Shown piece by piece: positions 1 through 9,479 of a stretch of 64,000 nucleotides of DNA. This stretch comes from Puia sp. (GTDB lineage: Bacteria; Bacteroidota; Bacteroidia; Chitinophagales; Chitinophagaceae). Below the pieces are notes generated by a model that ran no database searches, was not told where the DNA came from, and saw nothing but the letters and a program-made list of their open reading frames with translations. Each line of letters starts with the position of its first letter. Position 1 is the first letter of the stretch. Where the stretch lies: the NCBI RefSeq assembly GCF_036500295.1, contig NZ_DASYCH010000075.1, positions 3,458-67,457 of the forward strand. Reading direction: 5' to 3'. The position numbers were made by a program, and so were the translations under genes.

Positions 1-255
1 GACCACATTCCGGGTGACAAGAAAAAGATAACTCTTCACCGATTCCACCTTCGCCAGATGCCCGCGCTTCTCCCAGATCCGGACAAATACATCCTGGGTC
101 AACTCGGCCAGACCGTCACCGGAAGACTCGAATAGACCAATGTATCGTTGGACATAACCGTAATAGCGGGTATAAAAGATCCTGAACGCATCCCGATCCC
201 CCTGGGATATCTGCCTGAGCAGTTCTGGTTCATTATGGATTTCATCAAAAGGCAC
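1..255 (-). CDS. ECF-type RNA polymerase sigma-70 factor (5' part; runs off window start)
   Basis: Not in the ORF track. Manual translation from GTG at 255 gives MPFDEIHNEPELLRQISQGDRDAFRIFYTRYY...ELTQDVFVRIWEKR...SVKSYLFLVTRNVV, typical of region 1.2/2 of Bacteroidota ECF sigma factors. Start codon uncertain. Confidence 0.85.
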   Translation of the reverse strand, partial: MPFDEIHNEPELLRQISQGDRDAFRIFYTRYYGYVQRYIGLFESSGDGLAELTQDVFVRIWEKRGHLAKVESVKSYLFLVTRNVV

Positions 256-445
256 GGTTCTTCGATGTTGATTTGGAGGTAAAGCAATTCCCGGACACGA
301 AAAGGGTTTCAATTGTCAACATAGTAATAAGGGGTTCTTCGCTAAAAATAACGAGATATTCCCGTCTGGCGACCATTTTCCCGGCTTTTTGGTGATAATT
401 TTCCACCCAAACAGGCCCCAGGGTCTATCCACCTCCTCGTAATAT

Positions 446-3400
446 CTATTTTATCATCCGCTTTTTTCCTTTTTCATCCGTGATCTCGATCGATACCACC
501 GGATCGCTCCATTCCACAAAACGGCCCGACTGCGACAGAAAGGACTCCCCATAATGGAATTCCTCCCTTCGCACCTTCCCATTCCGAAGCCGCACGGCCG
601 CCGTTTGATCCCCCGGCAGCAATGGGATCAGCCTGCCTCCTTTCCGCTCGCCGAAAACCATCAACGGCCCCCTGTTCTGCCCCGCCGCCAACATCACATG
701 CCCCCCCGCCCCACTGATTTTCACAAGCGCCTTCCCATCCCCCGGAATATAGATCCCGCTTTGCACGATCGTCTCCGCACTGAACCCGCCTTTGCCATCC
801 CCCTTCAGGAAAAGTCCGTTCAGAGCATCATACCGGCCCGAACTGACGTCCGTACCATAGTCATTGCCGTTAATAACGATATCCAGGTTCCCATCGTGAT
901 CGAAATCGCCTGCCACCATCCCGTTGAGCACCGACAACTGCGCCTGCATCGGCAACGGGATCATCGTAAACTTGCCGCCGCCATCGTTCCGGAACAGGCA
1001 ACTGCGAAACTGATTCGCTTCCAGCACAACCGCTCCCTGCCGCTGCTCCGGCGTCAGGACCTCATCCATCGTCGCCACCGCATAGGATTTATAGGTGGGG
1101 AAACGCGTACGCATAGAGGTCATCTGGCGAAGAAGATCATCCCTCGAGATAGCCGGGAATTCACGGGAGTTCCCCTGCTGATCGGGTAAATAAAGGGACG
1201 GGATCATATCATAGACGCCGTTCTTGTCGAAATCCTTCCCATATACCCTGACAGGTTTTTCCTTCGTCCCCCGGTAATAGGAATTCAACCCAAGATTACC
1301 GACAACATAGTCGATATCCCCATCATTATCGAAATCTCCCGCGACAATGCTGTTCCACCATCCCCTCTCCTCACTCACCCCCGTCCCGGCGGTGATGTTC
1401 TTCAACACCCCATGATCATTGTGGAACACGGTCAGCGGCATCCACTCCCCTGCCAGCAAAAGATCGGGCCAGCCATCATTGTCGACATCGGTCCAGAGCC
1501 CGTCACAGACCATGCCGATCGATTGCAGCCCGGGCGCCACACCGGCCGTTACATTCGTAAACCGGACATGCCCGCCCTGCGATTCATTCCGGTATACAAA
1601 GCTCGACACCGGCCGCGGATAATGTCCCGGGTCCACCCTGCCACTGATAAAAAGATCGGGTTTGCCATCATGATCGTAATCGGCCGCACGCACACAGAAT
1701 TTACTCGTAAAATTCTCCGGCAACGCATCGGGCTGCAACACAAAATGCCCCTTGCCGTCATTCAGATAGAACCGGTCCCGGTAAGCCTTGCTGTTCTCCT
1801 CATTCTCATAGCCGCCGCCGGCAATATAGAGGTCGGGATACCCATCGCCATTGGCATCGAAGAGCAGCAGACCTTCATCGTCACAGGTCTTCGCCAGCGC
1901 AACAGGGTCCTCCACGAGTTTCGATTGCACGAAGTTCCCGCCCTGTCCCTGCAGGAACACCTGCGCGCTGTGCCCGGCCGATCCGCCCACGATCATATCC
2001 TCCAGTCCGTTGCCGTCGATATCGCCAACGGCGATACCGGGGCCGTATTCGGAAAATTTATGGGGTAACAGTCGCTGAACGTTAAAATCAATATAATCCC
2101 GCTCCTCATGCCGGTAATGAATGCCAAGGCTGTCGGTAATGTTCCGGAACAATGCCCCGGAAGCAAGACCCGGCTTATCCGCCTCATACGGCATCCCCGC
2201 ATTTTTTATATCCACCTTTACCACCTGGTCCACCGGCACGCTTCGGATCAGCTGCATCCTACCATTCGGCCATTTCACGACCAGCGAATCCACCACTCCT
2301 ATCCGGCCAAGCCCGAAATGCGGAAGGTCGGCGATCGTCGATAAATATCCCCGGTAAGGGTTATTCTCATACACCTGCTGCCGGCCATGATCATAGTGGA
2401 GTTCCACCACCGCCCCAAATCCTTTCCGGTTCAGGCTGTCACCGGTAAGGGCCACCTCCAGAAAATGCGATTCATCCGGCGATTTCTCCCTCGCCATATT
2501 CCGGTACACCTGCGCCTCGTCGTTGATATTGTTGATGACGACATCGAGATCCCCATCCCCATCCAGGTCCGCATAAGCGGCGCCATTGGAGAATCCCGGC
2601 GTCGACAGCCCCCAGTCGCGGGATACATCGGTAAAGGTCAGATCTCCATTGTTGCGGAATGCAAAATTCCGGATGCGAACCTGTGGTATCTGATCGAGGA
2701 TATACTGCTTCGACGCCAGGTTGTTGGACTGTTTCATGAACATGACAAAGTCATGATCCGTGATGTCCTTCGGATAACCGCCCGTGACGATGATATCCCG
2801 CTTGCCGTCATTGTCGAAATCGGCAACCAGCGGCGTCCAGCTCCAATCCGTTTCGGCGATCCCGCCAAACCAGCTGATCTCACTGAAAACAGGGTCGCCG
2901 ATCGAATCCAAACCATTGACCCTCCTCCCCTGATTCAACTGCAGACTATTCCTGACATATTGATACTGATAGCCATAGTTGTCGGTGTTTTGATAAATAA
3001 GATAATTCGAAGCGTTGAGGAACATCTTCTTCCGGTAGTTATCCGGCGGGTTCATATCCAACTCCACTACATCGGGCAATCCGTCATTGTTGATATCCTG
3101 GATATCCTGCCCCATCCCATTGGCAGACGTATGTTTAAAATAGGTTTTCACCTCATCGGTAAACGTCCCGTCATGGTTGTTGATGTACAGGATATCGTCG
3201 CCGATAAAATCATTGGTCACATAAATATCCTTCCATCCGTCTCCATTGATATCGGCAATGGTGGCCGCATGCCCCAATCCCTCGATCGTGATCCCCGCCT
3301 GCCGGCTTACATCATGGAACACCGGATGTCCCAGGGAGTCATTCCGGTCATTCCGGTACAACCGGCCGGTGCTCGGAAAACTCCCGTCCGTGATCCTCGC

Positions 3401-4030
3401 CCGGAAAACATTGGCATTGTATCCCTTCGGGATCTCATTGACCGTTAGATACATGTCCAGGTCGCCGTCGTTATCATAATCGAAGAAGGCAGCCATCGTG
3501 GAATAGAGGGTGTCGGCCAAGCCATATTCCGCCGCCATCTCCTTGAAATGAGGCACCCCCTGTGCATCCACTCCCTGGTTGACATAAAGCAGATTGGTCC
3601 GCTGCCGTGGATCCGGCTTCATATTCGCACAGAGATAGATATCCGGCAGACCGTCATTGTTGATGTCGACGATCGATACGCCTCTGAACCACTCCCCATT
3701 ACCGCCGACTCCCGCAACATCTGTGATATCCTCGAAGTGGAAATTACCCTTGTTCAGATACAGCTTATTCGGGACCATGTTCCCCGTAAAATAAATGTCC
3801 TGCAGCCCATCTCCATTGAGATCACCGATGCCAACCCCGCCGCCATTGTAGATATTGGTCATATCCATCGGGTTGACACTGTCGTTCTCGACGATCTTGT
3901 TATTGAAATGGATCCCGGACTCGTTAGGGTCCACCCGTTTCAACAGGGGGCTATGGCCCTTACACGCTGCAAATACAAGGATACAAAAGGCCGCCGCGGC
4001 CTGCGCGAGCCGTTTTTCAAATGCGATCAT
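446..4030 (-). CDS. VCBS/FG-GAP repeat lipoprotein with central ASPIC/UnbV domain (CRTAC1-like)
   Basis: Lipobox LVFAAC; about 13 DxD/NxDGxxD Ca-binding repeats in two groups around an ASPIC/UnbV-like segment (GFGAVVEL...PHFGLG...VKWPNG). Confidence 0.9.
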   Translation of the reverse strand: MIAFEKRLAQAAAAFCILVFAACKGHSPLLKRVDPNESGIHFNNKIVENDSVNPMDMTNIYNGGGVGIGDLNGDGLQDIYFTGNMVPNKLYLNKGNFHFEDITDVAGVGGNGEWFRGVSIVDINNDGLPDIYLCANMKPDPRQRTNLLYVNQGVDAQGVPHFKEMAAEYGLADTLYSTMAAFFDYDNDGDLDMYLTVNEIPKGYNANVFRARITDGSFPSTGRLYRNDRNDSLGHPVFHDVSRQAGITIEGLGHAATIADINGDGWKDIYVTNDFIGDDILYINNHDGTFTDEVKTYFKHTSANGMGQDIQDINNDGLPDVVELDMNPPDNYRKKMFLNASNYLIYQNTDNYGYQYQYVRNSLQLNQGRRVNGLDSIGDPVFSEISWFGGIAETDWSWTPLVADFDNDGKRDIIVTGGYPKDITDHDFVMFMKQSNNLASKQYILDQIPQVRIRNFAFRNNGDLTFTDVSRDWGLSTPGFSNGAAYADLDGDGDLDVVINNINDEAQVYRNMAREKSPDESHFLEVALTGDSLNRKGFGAVVELHYDHGRQQVYENNPYRGYLSTIADLPHFGLGRIGVVDSLVVKWPNGRMQLIRSVPVDQVVKVDIKNAGMPYEADKPGLASGALFRNITDSLGIHYRHEERDYIDFNVQRLLPHKFSEYGPGIAVGDIDGNGLEDMIVGGSAGHSAQVFLQGQGGNFVQSKLVEDPVALAKTCDDEGLLLFDANGDGYPDLYIAGGGYENEENSKAYRDRFYLNDGKGHFVLQPDALPENFTSKFCVRAADYDHDGKPDLFISGRVDPGHYPRPVSSFVYRNESQGGHVRFTNVTAGVAPGLQSIGMVCDGLWTDVDNDGWPDLLLAGEWMPLTVFHNDHGVLKNITAGTGVSEERGWWNSIVAGDFDNDGDIDYVVGNLGLNSYYRGTKEKPVRVYGKDFDKNGVYDMIPSLYLPDQQGNSREFPAISRDDLLRQMTSMRTRFPTYKSYAVATMDEVLTPEQRQGAVVLEANQFRSCLFRNDGGGKFTMIPLPMQAQLSVLNGMVAGDFDHDGNLDIVINGNDYGTDVSSGRYDALNGLFLKGDGKGGFSAETIVQSGIYIPGDGKALVKISGAGGHVMLAAGQNRGPLMVFGERKGGRLIPLLPGDQTAAVRLRNGKVRREEFHYGESFLSQSGRFVEWSDPVVSIEITDEKGKKRMIK

Positions 4031-4173
4031 GAAAGAAATTTCAAGAAAAAAAACAACACTAAAAAATCAATTTACCCGGCCGGCCTCTTTTGTCTCGCCG
4101 CTCCTTTGTCCGGCCTGCCTCATTAATCCCGCCGCCCCTTTGTCAACTCAGCCTCATTTGCCCCGCCTGCCTC

Positions 4174-4206
4174 AAAAAAAGAGGCCGTCATAGAATAGAC
4201 GGCCTC
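4174..4206 (-). terminator. Intrinsic terminator after susD
   Basis: 9-bp stem GAGGCCGTC/GACGGCCTC followed by T7 on the minus strand. Confidence 0.8.
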
Positions 4207-4236
4207 GTTGGAATGATTGGTATAAATGTACCCGTC

Positions 4237-6081
4237 TTAGTATCCGGGCAACTGTTTCAAATAGATCGTCCCTAGCGAATTCTCAGCATCGATCTGCTGC
4301 TGCGGGATCGGGAAGTATTCCGTCTTGCCTTCCGTAAAATGGACGTTCTTGTACATCGACGGATGCAGCGTAGCCTCTTTCGTCGCATAGGTGTTCAACA
4401 CCGTCGTCATGTAACCCGGCGTCTGCACCTGCCAGCGCTGCAGATCGAAGAACCGGTGCCCTTCCATGGCCAGCTCCAGCCGGCGCTCCATGATGATCGC
4501 ATACATGGCCGTCGTCTTACTGGTAAAATACGCGGCCGGGTAAGCCGCCACCTTGTAGCTGTCCGCGGGGACCGTCCCGTTCTTATAGGTATACGTACCC
4601 GGATCGAACGTTCCGTCCTTGTAGACCCACCAGGACGTCTTGGCGGCACGGGTGCGCACCTGGTTGACCAGGTTCTCCGCTTTCACCAGGTCAGGCGCCG
4701 ATCCCTGCACATAACACTCGGCATCCCACAGCAGGACATCGGCAAACCGGATCAGGTTCACGTTATTGGACGACAGCTCCACATTGGCCCAATAGCTTTC
4801 GTTATCGGACAGCGTACCCTGCTGCGCCTTGGCATACACATTCTTCTTGGCATTGAAGTGACCGTCATCTGCCGGGCTGCGGATCCAGCTGTCGCCGGGA
4901 TGCGGACCCCAGTCCAGATACGGAACTCCCGCCCTGCCGATCGCGATGTCGATTCGCGGATCCAGGTTGCCGACATAAGCGCCGTGGTCGGGATCGCTCA
5001 CCCCCAGACCCGCCTGCCAGGTATAGTTCGTCAAAGGAAGACCGGTGGCATCCGTCTTATAGGCATTGGCAAGGTCCTGGCTGGGATTGTCAAATCCGCA
5101 GCAGGCTCCGGGACCACCCCCATACGGGAAGTTCAGGGCATCCCCATAGTTACCGTTACCGTTGTAGCCCAGGGCATCGCTGGCCGAGCCGTCATTTACC
5201 GACATCTGAGCGGCAAATACACTTTCCGAACTATTTTTAGCATGTGCGTCGGGATCAAAATTTGTCGAGTAATTATCCAGCAGGGCATATTTTTCTCCCG
5301 TAGCCGTGACCCCATTGGTGATCAGATCATCCAGCAAAGGCCTCGCCTTGTCATACTGGCCCTCGTACATATACACCTTTGCGAGGAAAGCCTGCGCAGC
5401 CCATTTATTGGCCTGGCCCGGATTACCCTGTGTAGCGGGGAGATTGGTCATTGCATACTGAAAATCAGCTTCGATCTTCGGCCAGATCTCGATGAAATTC
5501 CCCGATCCATCGACGTTCGGCACATTGACATTATTGTTCGGCACCGTTATGTTCTCATCGACATAAGGCGGATAATGAAACACCTTGCGCAGCTCGAAAT
5601 GATAGAAGGCCCGCAGGAACAAAGCCTCTGCCTTGAACTCGACCGTGTCCGCCGCAGACATATCCTTCACCTGACGCATAACCCGGATAACGTCATTACT
5701 ACGCTGGATGGCATCGTACATAGCCGCCCATTTGTTGCCCGGATAACTGTTGGTCGGTGTGGTCGACCACTGCAGCATCGGCACGATATCCCCCTGGTCG
5801 GAAGGGGTCGACCCCTTATAAGCATTGTCAGCGCATACATCCCCATAGGTCCAGTTCGAGGCCGCAGATCCCCAGCCCGAATTGTTGAGTCCCTCCCCAT
5901 CGAGCCCGGAATAGGCGCCGACCAGGATAGCCGTCACACCATCCTTGGTAGTGACGATCTCGGGATTAAGTGTACCGATGGGCGGCTTGGTGAGAAATTT
6001 GTGTCCGCAGGCATTGAGCAGGATGACAAGCGTCAACACCCCCGGGATTATTAGCATTATTTTTTTCTGAAGCTTATTCAT
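4237..6081 (-). CDS. susD: RagB/SusD family nutrient uptake outer membrane lipoprotein
   Basis: Lipobox LLNAC; SusD motifs FLRAFYHFEL, IRFADVLLWDAE, ERRLELAMEGHRFFDLQRW, YFPIPQQQID; directly downstream of SusC. Symbol is family-level only. Confidence 0.95.
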   Translation of the reverse strand: MNKLQKKIMLIIPGVLTLVILLNACGHKFLTKPPIGTLNPEIVTTKDGVTAILVGAYSGLDGEGLNNSGWGSAASNWTYGDVCADNAYKGSTPSDQGDIVPMLQWSTTPTNSYPGNKWAAMYDAIQRSNDVIRVMRQVKDMSAADTVEFKAEALFLRAFYHFELRKVFHYPPYVDENITVPNNNVNVPNVDGSGNFIEIWPKIEADFQYAMTNLPATQGNPGQANKWAAQAFLAKVYMYEGQYDKARPLLDDLITNGVTATGEKYALLDNYSTNFDPDAHAKNSSESVFAAQMSVNDGSASDALGYNGNGNYGDALNFPYGGGPGACCGFDNPSQDLANAYKTDATGLPLTNYTWQAGLGVSDPDHGAYVGNLDPRIDIAIGRAGVPYLDWGPHPGDSWIRSPADDGHFNAKKNVYAKAQQGTLSDNESYWANVELSSNNVNLIRFADVLLWDAECYVQGSAPDLVKAENLVNQVRTRAAKTSWWVYKDGTFDPGTYTYKNGTVPADSYKVAAYPAAYFTSKTTAMYAIIMERRLELAMEGHRFFDLQRWQVQTPGYMTTVLNTYATKEATLHPSMYKNVHFTEGKTEYFPIPQQQIDAENSLGTIYLKQLPGY

Positions 6082-6119
6082 ACAGCATGTATTTTTTCTG
6101 GATGGTAATAGATCCTTTT

Positions 6120-9100
6120 TTAGAACGTGAGGCTCAAACCGAGTACATAGGTTTTTTGATTGGCGGGATAGTTACCCAGGTCGATCCCGAAGTTGGTCTG
6201 ATCGTCCAGGTTCGAACCTTGTAATTCCGGATCAAGACCCTTGTACGGCGTGACCGTGAACAGGTTGGCGCCCTGCAGATAGATCCGCAGTCTGTCGATA
6301 CCCACCTTCTTGAGAAGGTCCGGGTTGATCGTATAACCCACCGTAAGTGCCTTCAGGCGCAGGTACGAACCCTTCTCCACATACCAGGAATTGATGGCGT
6401 TCGTGCTGCTGAATCCCGGTGAACCGGAGATCTTCGGATACTTCGGATTGAGATTGGTCGGCGACCAGCTGTTCTGGATCAGATCGGCGCTGACGTTCCC
6501 CTGAAACACCTGTGGGAAGTCGATCCAGTATTTTACATAGTTGAAGATATCGTTACCGTAGCTGCCATAGAAGAAGGCGGCGAAATCGAATCCCTTGTAG
6601 GTAGCGGCCAGGTTCAGACCATAGGTCAGCTTGGGGTTGGGATCACCGATCCAGGTCCGGTCGCTGTCCGTGATCGCTCCGCTATGATTGACATCGGCAT
6701 ATTTGAAGAGACCCGGCGCGGCATCCTGCTGGGTGGGCGACTTGTCTACGTCATTTTGATCCTTGAAGTAACCATCCACCTTATAGCCAAAGAACTGGCC
6801 GACGGATGCTCCTTTCTGCACCCGGGTAAAGGCCCCGATACGGTTCGAACCGGCATTGGTGAAGTTGTCATAATATTTGATCCCGGCCGGCAAGTCGGTC
6901 ACCTTGCTCTTGTAATGAGTGAACGTACCGGTGATATCGAAATGGAAATCCCTGTTCACGGATCCATGATAAGTGATCGATCCGTCAAAACCGGTATTCT
7001 GGATATCCCCGAAGTTTACATACGGAGCCAACGCGCCGCCTGCCGTGTTAGGCAGCTGAGCGCGGTAAAGCAATCCGCTGACCGCCTTCTTGAACCAGTC
7101 CACCGTGATATCGAAATGCTTGATGCTGAGGTCGGCCCCGAAATCCGTCAGAATGTCCTGCTCCCAGGTGGTATTCGAGTTACCGATCTGGCTGGAATAG
7201 AAGCCCTGCATGCTGCTGGTGCTTGCCCCGGCCAGATCATAGTAACTCATGTACGCATTCTGGTTGAACAAATTGTAGGGGTTCGTATTGGGAACGTTCG
7301 AAAGACTGCCCGATTTACCCCAGCTGCCGCGCAGTTTCAGGTCATTGATCCAGGTGACATCCTTCATGAAGGCTTCCTGCGAAATGCGCCAGCCGGCCGA
7401 CACCGAGGGGAACCAACCAACCTGTTTGCCCGGCGCGAACAGCGACGAAGCATCCCGGCGCAACGTACCACTCAACAGGTATCTGTCCTTGAACGCATAA
7501 TCCAGCCGGCCGATATACGACCAGAGCGAGCTCTGGGCCGGCAGACCGCCGGTATAAGCATAGGTCAGGCCCGTATTGGCCTGGGAATTGGGTGCACCGC
7601 CATTCAACGTCCAAAAGTTAGGATCGGTGGAGAAATAGTTCGACCGGTTGGCCTGCAGCCCACGGTCATAGAATTTCTTGGACTCCGTACCGACCAGCAC
7701 CTTGATGCTATGGTCACCGAAGGTCTGGTTGTAATTCAACGTATTCGTCCAGATCATGGTGCTGTTAAAACCCGCACCTTCCGTATAGCTGTTGGCCGCC
7801 GTACTGCCCTCGGCATTCTCATACGGAGTATAAGAGAAGGAATTGTAATAGTAATTGTCCACCGTACCGCCGATGCTCGTCCGTGCCGTGAAATGATTGA
7901 GGAAATCTACTTCGGCGAAAACATTACCGTTTATCTGCCAGTCATTCCCCTTGTTGTTCTTCTTACGCTCCTGATCCGCAACAGGGTTATTGGAGTTGTT
8001 GACGGTGAACGAGTGTGTACCCGCATAGTTACCCATGACATCATATACAGGGATCAACGGCGGGATGCGATAAGCATAGGAAATGGCGTTCCCTTCATTC
8101 TGGTTGGTGATCTGTGGATTGTCCTTGTAGAAGATATAGGCATTCTCCCCGACCCGGATATGATTCTTTACATTGAACACCGTGTTGGCCCGTACCGCAT
8201 AGCGCTTGCTGTAGGTGTCGATCAGCGTACCCTCCTGGTTCAGATAGTTGAAGGAGAAATAGTAGCTTGACCTGTCCGTGCTTCCACTGGCCGAAATACT
8301 GTGCTGCTGCCAGGGCGCCGGTTTGAAGATCTCATGGAACCAGTCGGTGCCGATCTTATTGGTCTTCGTGATCTTGTTGTCCACGATATCATAGGTCGAA
8401 GGATTTTGCTGCGACGCATAATCCGGATTCACAAGCAACCCTAATGTCGGATCCGAAATGTAAGGAGTAGGCGTCAGATAATCCGGCAATGTGGGAGGTG
8501 CATAACTGCCGCCACCCTTGCCAAACCAAAGATTTCCCGGGGTATTCCCGTCATTATATGACTCCAGCCAAAGCACATCGGCGTAGTTCTGACTGCCGCC
8601 CAGGCGGAAACCATTCTTCAACGGCCGTTGTGTACCATAGAACCCATCATAGGTGATCGTGGCCTTGCCCTTACCGCGTTTCGTCGTCACGACGATAACC
8701 CCGTTGGATCCCTGCACTCCGTAGATAGCGACGGCGCCGGCATCCTTCAACACCTGGATCGATTCGATATCTGCCTGGTTGAGGTCATGCAGGCTTCCCT
8801 GCACCCCGTCGATGATCACCAGCGGATCGACACTCCCGATCGAGGTGATACCCCGGATCCGGATGTTACTTCCACCACCCGGCGCGCCCGAGTTGATGAC
8901 CGTCACCCCCGCAGCCTGTCCTTGCAGCAGGCTCTCCGTTGTCGATCCGGGCACACTCTTCATGTTCTTGATATCCACCACCGCAACGGCGCCGGTGATA
9001 TCTTTCTTCTTCTGCGCCGTGTAACCGGTGACGATCACGTCATTCAACGTGCTGTTGCTCTGAGCAAGGGAGATGTCTCCGATACTCGTCCTGCCCGCAA

Positions 9101-9377
9101 CAGGGATCTGAAAACCTTCAAACCCGATCGCTGTGATGATCAGCGTCGGGTTCGCATCGTTTCCTGGTAATTTTAGTGTGAATGTTCCGTCTGCCCCGGT
9201 GGATGTGGCAGTCTTAGTGCCTTTTACCTGTACCGTCGCACCCAGTACCGGTTGATTGTCCGACTTACCAATGACCCTTCCGGTGATCGTCGTCTGGGCA
9301 AAAAGACTACAGCTTATAAGCAAAGCAAGGACGACAAGGCCATAGCCTTTGCAAGCTCCGTTAGTTTTGGATGGCAT
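6120..9377 (-). CDS. susC: SusC/RagA family TonB-dependent outer membrane transporter
   Basis: Signal peptide, CarboxypepD_reg-like N-terminus, plug motif LKDAGAVAIYGVQGSNGVIVVTTKRG, C-terminal Phe. Symbol is family-level only. Confidence 0.95.
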   Translation of the reverse strand: MPSKTNGACKGYGLVVLALLISCSLFAQTTITGRVIGKSDNQPVLGATVQVKGTKTATSTGADGTFTLKLPGNDANPTLIITAIGFEGFQIPVAGRTSIGDISLAQSNSTLNDVIVTGYTAQKKKDITGAVAVVDIKNMKSVPGSTTESLLQGQAAGVTVINSGAPGGGSNIRIRGITSIGSVDPLVIIDGVQGSLHDLNQADIESIQVLKDAGAVAIYGVQGSNGVIVVTTKRGKGKATITYDGFYGTQRPLKNGFRLGGSQNYADVLWLESYNDGNTPGNLWFGKGGGSYAPPTLPDYLTPTPYISDPTLGLLVNPDYASQQNPSTYDIVDNKITKTNKIGTDWFHEIFKPAPWQQHSISASGSTDRSSYYFSFNYLNQEGTLIDTYSKRYAVRANTVFNVKNHIRVGENAYIFYKDNPQITNQNEGNAISYAYRIPPLIPVYDVMGNYAGTHSFTVNNSNNPVADQERKKNNKGNDWQINGNVFAEVDFLNHFTARTSIGGTVDNYYYNSFSYTPYENAEGSTAANSYTEGAGFNSTMIWTNTLNYNQTFGDHSIKVLVGTESKKFYDRGLQANRSNYFSTDPNFWTLNGGAPNSQANTGLTYAYTGGLPAQSSLWSYIGRLDYAFKDRYLLSGTLRRDASSLFAPGKQVGWFPSVSAGWRISQEAFMKDVTWINDLKLRGSWGKSGSLSNVPNTNPYNLFNQNAYMSYYDLAGASTSSMQGFYSSQIGNSNTTWEQDILTDFGADLSIKHFDITVDWFKKAVSGLLYRAQLPNTAGGALAPYVNFGDIQNTGFDGSITYHGSVNRDFHFDITGTFTHYKSKVTDLPAGIKYYDNFTNAGSNRIGAFTRVQKGASVGQFFGYKVDGYFKDQNDVDKSPTQQDAAPGLFKYADVNHSGAITDSDRTWIGDPNPKLTYGLNLAATYKGFDFAAFFYGSYGNDIFNYVKYWIDFPQVFQGNVSADLIQNSWSPTNLNPKYPKISGSPGFSSTNAINSWYVEKGSYLRLKALTVGYTINPDLLKKVGIDRLRIYLQGANLFTVTPYKGLDPELQGSNLDDQTNFGIDLGNYPANQKTYVLGLSLTF

Positions 9378-9479
9378 AACTTCGTGAGTAGTTTTTGAAT
9401 GGTTACTAAAATCTTCGTCGAAACTACACCCAATGTAAACAAAAAATTGATATTATTTTAACAAATCCTTGTACTATTT

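Noticed and set aside
1-255. ECF sigma factor (and the S9 peptidase at the other edge) as pseudogenes
   Set aside because: Both frames are open to the window edge, so truncation is a windowing effect.
4339-8270. Long plus-strand ORFs antisense to susD/susC (571 aa, 528 aa), and similar shadows at 12157-13776, 46304-47485 and 50674-51813
   Set aside because: They lie exactly opposite well-supported genes, show no recognisable motifs, and are expected from GC-rich codon bias.
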